A stretch of DNA of 63,106 nt, the filler included, from Klebsormidium nitens (lineage: Eukaryota > Plantae > Klebsormidiophyceae), in assembly GCA_000708835.1 (NCBI GenBank). It is 5 parts of 5 records of this genome, joined end to end, with 100 filler letters (N's around TTAATTAATTAA, not from the genome) between each part and the next. Parts side by side here need not be neighbours in the genome. Positions count along the whole stretch, not along the records: positions 60,471 to 63,106 come from DF238660.1; 4 more parts are not named here. One strand, given 5' to 3'. How positions within the stretch are numbered: the stretch's first letter is position 1; every line of letters starts with the position of its first letter. Shown here piece after piece: positions 61,736 through 63,106 of the stretch. The position numbers and the translations under genes are program-made. A model generated the notes under the pieces. That model saw only the letters and a program-made list of their open reading frames with translations. It ran no database searches and was not told the DNA's origin.

Positions 61736-63106
61736 TTGACCCGGGTGTATGGAGCGGTCGGCTCCCCTGCAGCCTAGAATCAACCAAACTCTGAAAATAT
61801 CCGGTTTGTTCCGACTTTTCATAAAACAAAACTTTCTGCAAATCTACCGTGCTGAATCCCTGTTTACTGGCCCCGCACATGACCTGCCACAAAGACTCGG
61901 CCCTCTCCTCGTTCATACCCTCTTGGGACTTGGTTACCCAGTTGGCGCTCAGAAAATAATTCCCGGTCCTGAGCATTTTTGCGACAATCTGAATAAAAGG
62001 CGGTATAAAATACCGCGCCACACTATGGCTGTAAAGCCAAAAAATAAATGATCGCTCAAAAATGTTCTCTCGGGTTAGGCAAACCTTCTCCTTGAAATCC
62101 TTATTTCCTAACAATGCATAAATCTCCTTCCCCCTTTCCAACATCTCATCCGTAACCTCCTTCCGAATCTCGTCAAAATGCTCTTTCCCCATGTCTTTCG
62201 AGCAATAACCCAGCATGCCTATCGACGTATGCAAATCAGTGTTATGAGTCAGAGCCTTAACCTTAATATGAGTTTTCCCCTGTGGCTCTAACCAACCCAG
62301 ATAAACCTTGATTTTCTTATTCAAAACACTCGCGTTTATGTCCTCTTTTGTGATGACGACTCCCTGCCAATGCAAAAATTCTCGAGAACTACCACGCTCC
62401 AATCCAAAATATGCACACTTACAAAACTCCTCCACGAACTTTTCTAACCTTGGTTTCGTCTCCCCCTTATCTATGTCCTTCCCGGGGGTGCCTACAGTGA
62501 CCGAAAATTCTGAGAATTTAACAGAAACATTTACTTTATTTTTGCGCGGCCGCGGCTGCTCTTTCCGACCCAGTGCGATGAAGTCGTCGACCAAATCCTC
62601 CTCATCATCCTTACGCCCAGCTCGTCCCCCTGCCACAAAGAAACGCATAAATTAATTGAGAAAAATGACGATCCTGGTAGCCAAAAAGATTCTGTCTGCG
62701 CAGCATATTGCAGACTCAATCACAAAGAACGAACGATGTAGCTGCGCAGGATGATGCAGAGTCATCATATTGCAATGTGACAGAAACAGCTGGTGACGCA
62801 GATAAATGCAATGACGCAGATACGGAACATGCGATCACTCAAAAGTCGCGCTTCCTGTCCGGTCCATGCACCGTTTCTGCCCGCACTCATCATGTCCAAT
62901 TTCTAATGCAAACTTGATTACGCAGGCACTGTTGAATGCAGTCATTTCAAAATCAATGCATTTACTTACTTGGATTCTTTCTGCGTCGATTCGCCCCCTG
63001 TCTCCCCAGTGGCTGCGTCATTTGACGCAGGCTCGGCCGGCTCGCCGCCCTCTGCTGACGCAGGGTCTCCATTCTCGCTCTCCGTGCCTCCTGCGCAGCC
63101 CGGATT
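61736..63106 (-). mobile_element. Replitron-like HUH endonuclease (Rep) gene, copy B, with a phase-1 intron 62630-62969; 5' end beyond the window
   Basis: Rep motif I FSVTV, motif II ERGSSREFLHWQG and motif III GMLGYCSKD.G..HF; no SF3 or PIF1 helicase follows. Donor CCAA|gtaagt and acceptor tttgtggcag|GG join an acidic upstream exon in frame. Confidence 0.82.

Overview
Eukaryotic nuclear DNA with GT-AG introns and plant-type genes (MS5/SDI1-like TPR, DUF212, PTOX). It is most consistent with a streptophyte green alga such as Klebsormidium; that is an inference, not a database match. Four identical 100-bp linkers (44N-TTAATTAATTAA-44N) split the window into five blocks whose true adjacency is unproven. 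Block 1 (1-8808): a zf-MYND gene and an F-box/LRR gene. Block 2 (8909-28543), the most unusual, is a partly decayed mobile-element-like cluster. It holds a CxC/KDZ-type transposase with an antisense XPA-like gene nested in its intron, a Prim-Pol/D5 primase-helicase next to an iteron-like GATAC cluster, a virophage/PLV-type tyrosine recombinase, a HIRAN protein and a second, intron-containing PrimPol-like primase. It also has three arrays of an inverted 12-bp box, and no capsid or packaging gene is visible. Block 3 (28644-50698): host genes (MS5-like, DUF212), a PTOX copy with a nonsense codon and a dead splice donor, a Crinkler-like kinase and a 5'-truncated RLE-type non-LTR retrotransposon. 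Block 4 (50799-60370): a methyltransferase, a ~590-bp imperfect palindrome and gypsy-like debris. Block 5 (60471-63106): tandem Replitron-like HUH Rep copies. All family assignments come from recalled motifs, not from searches.
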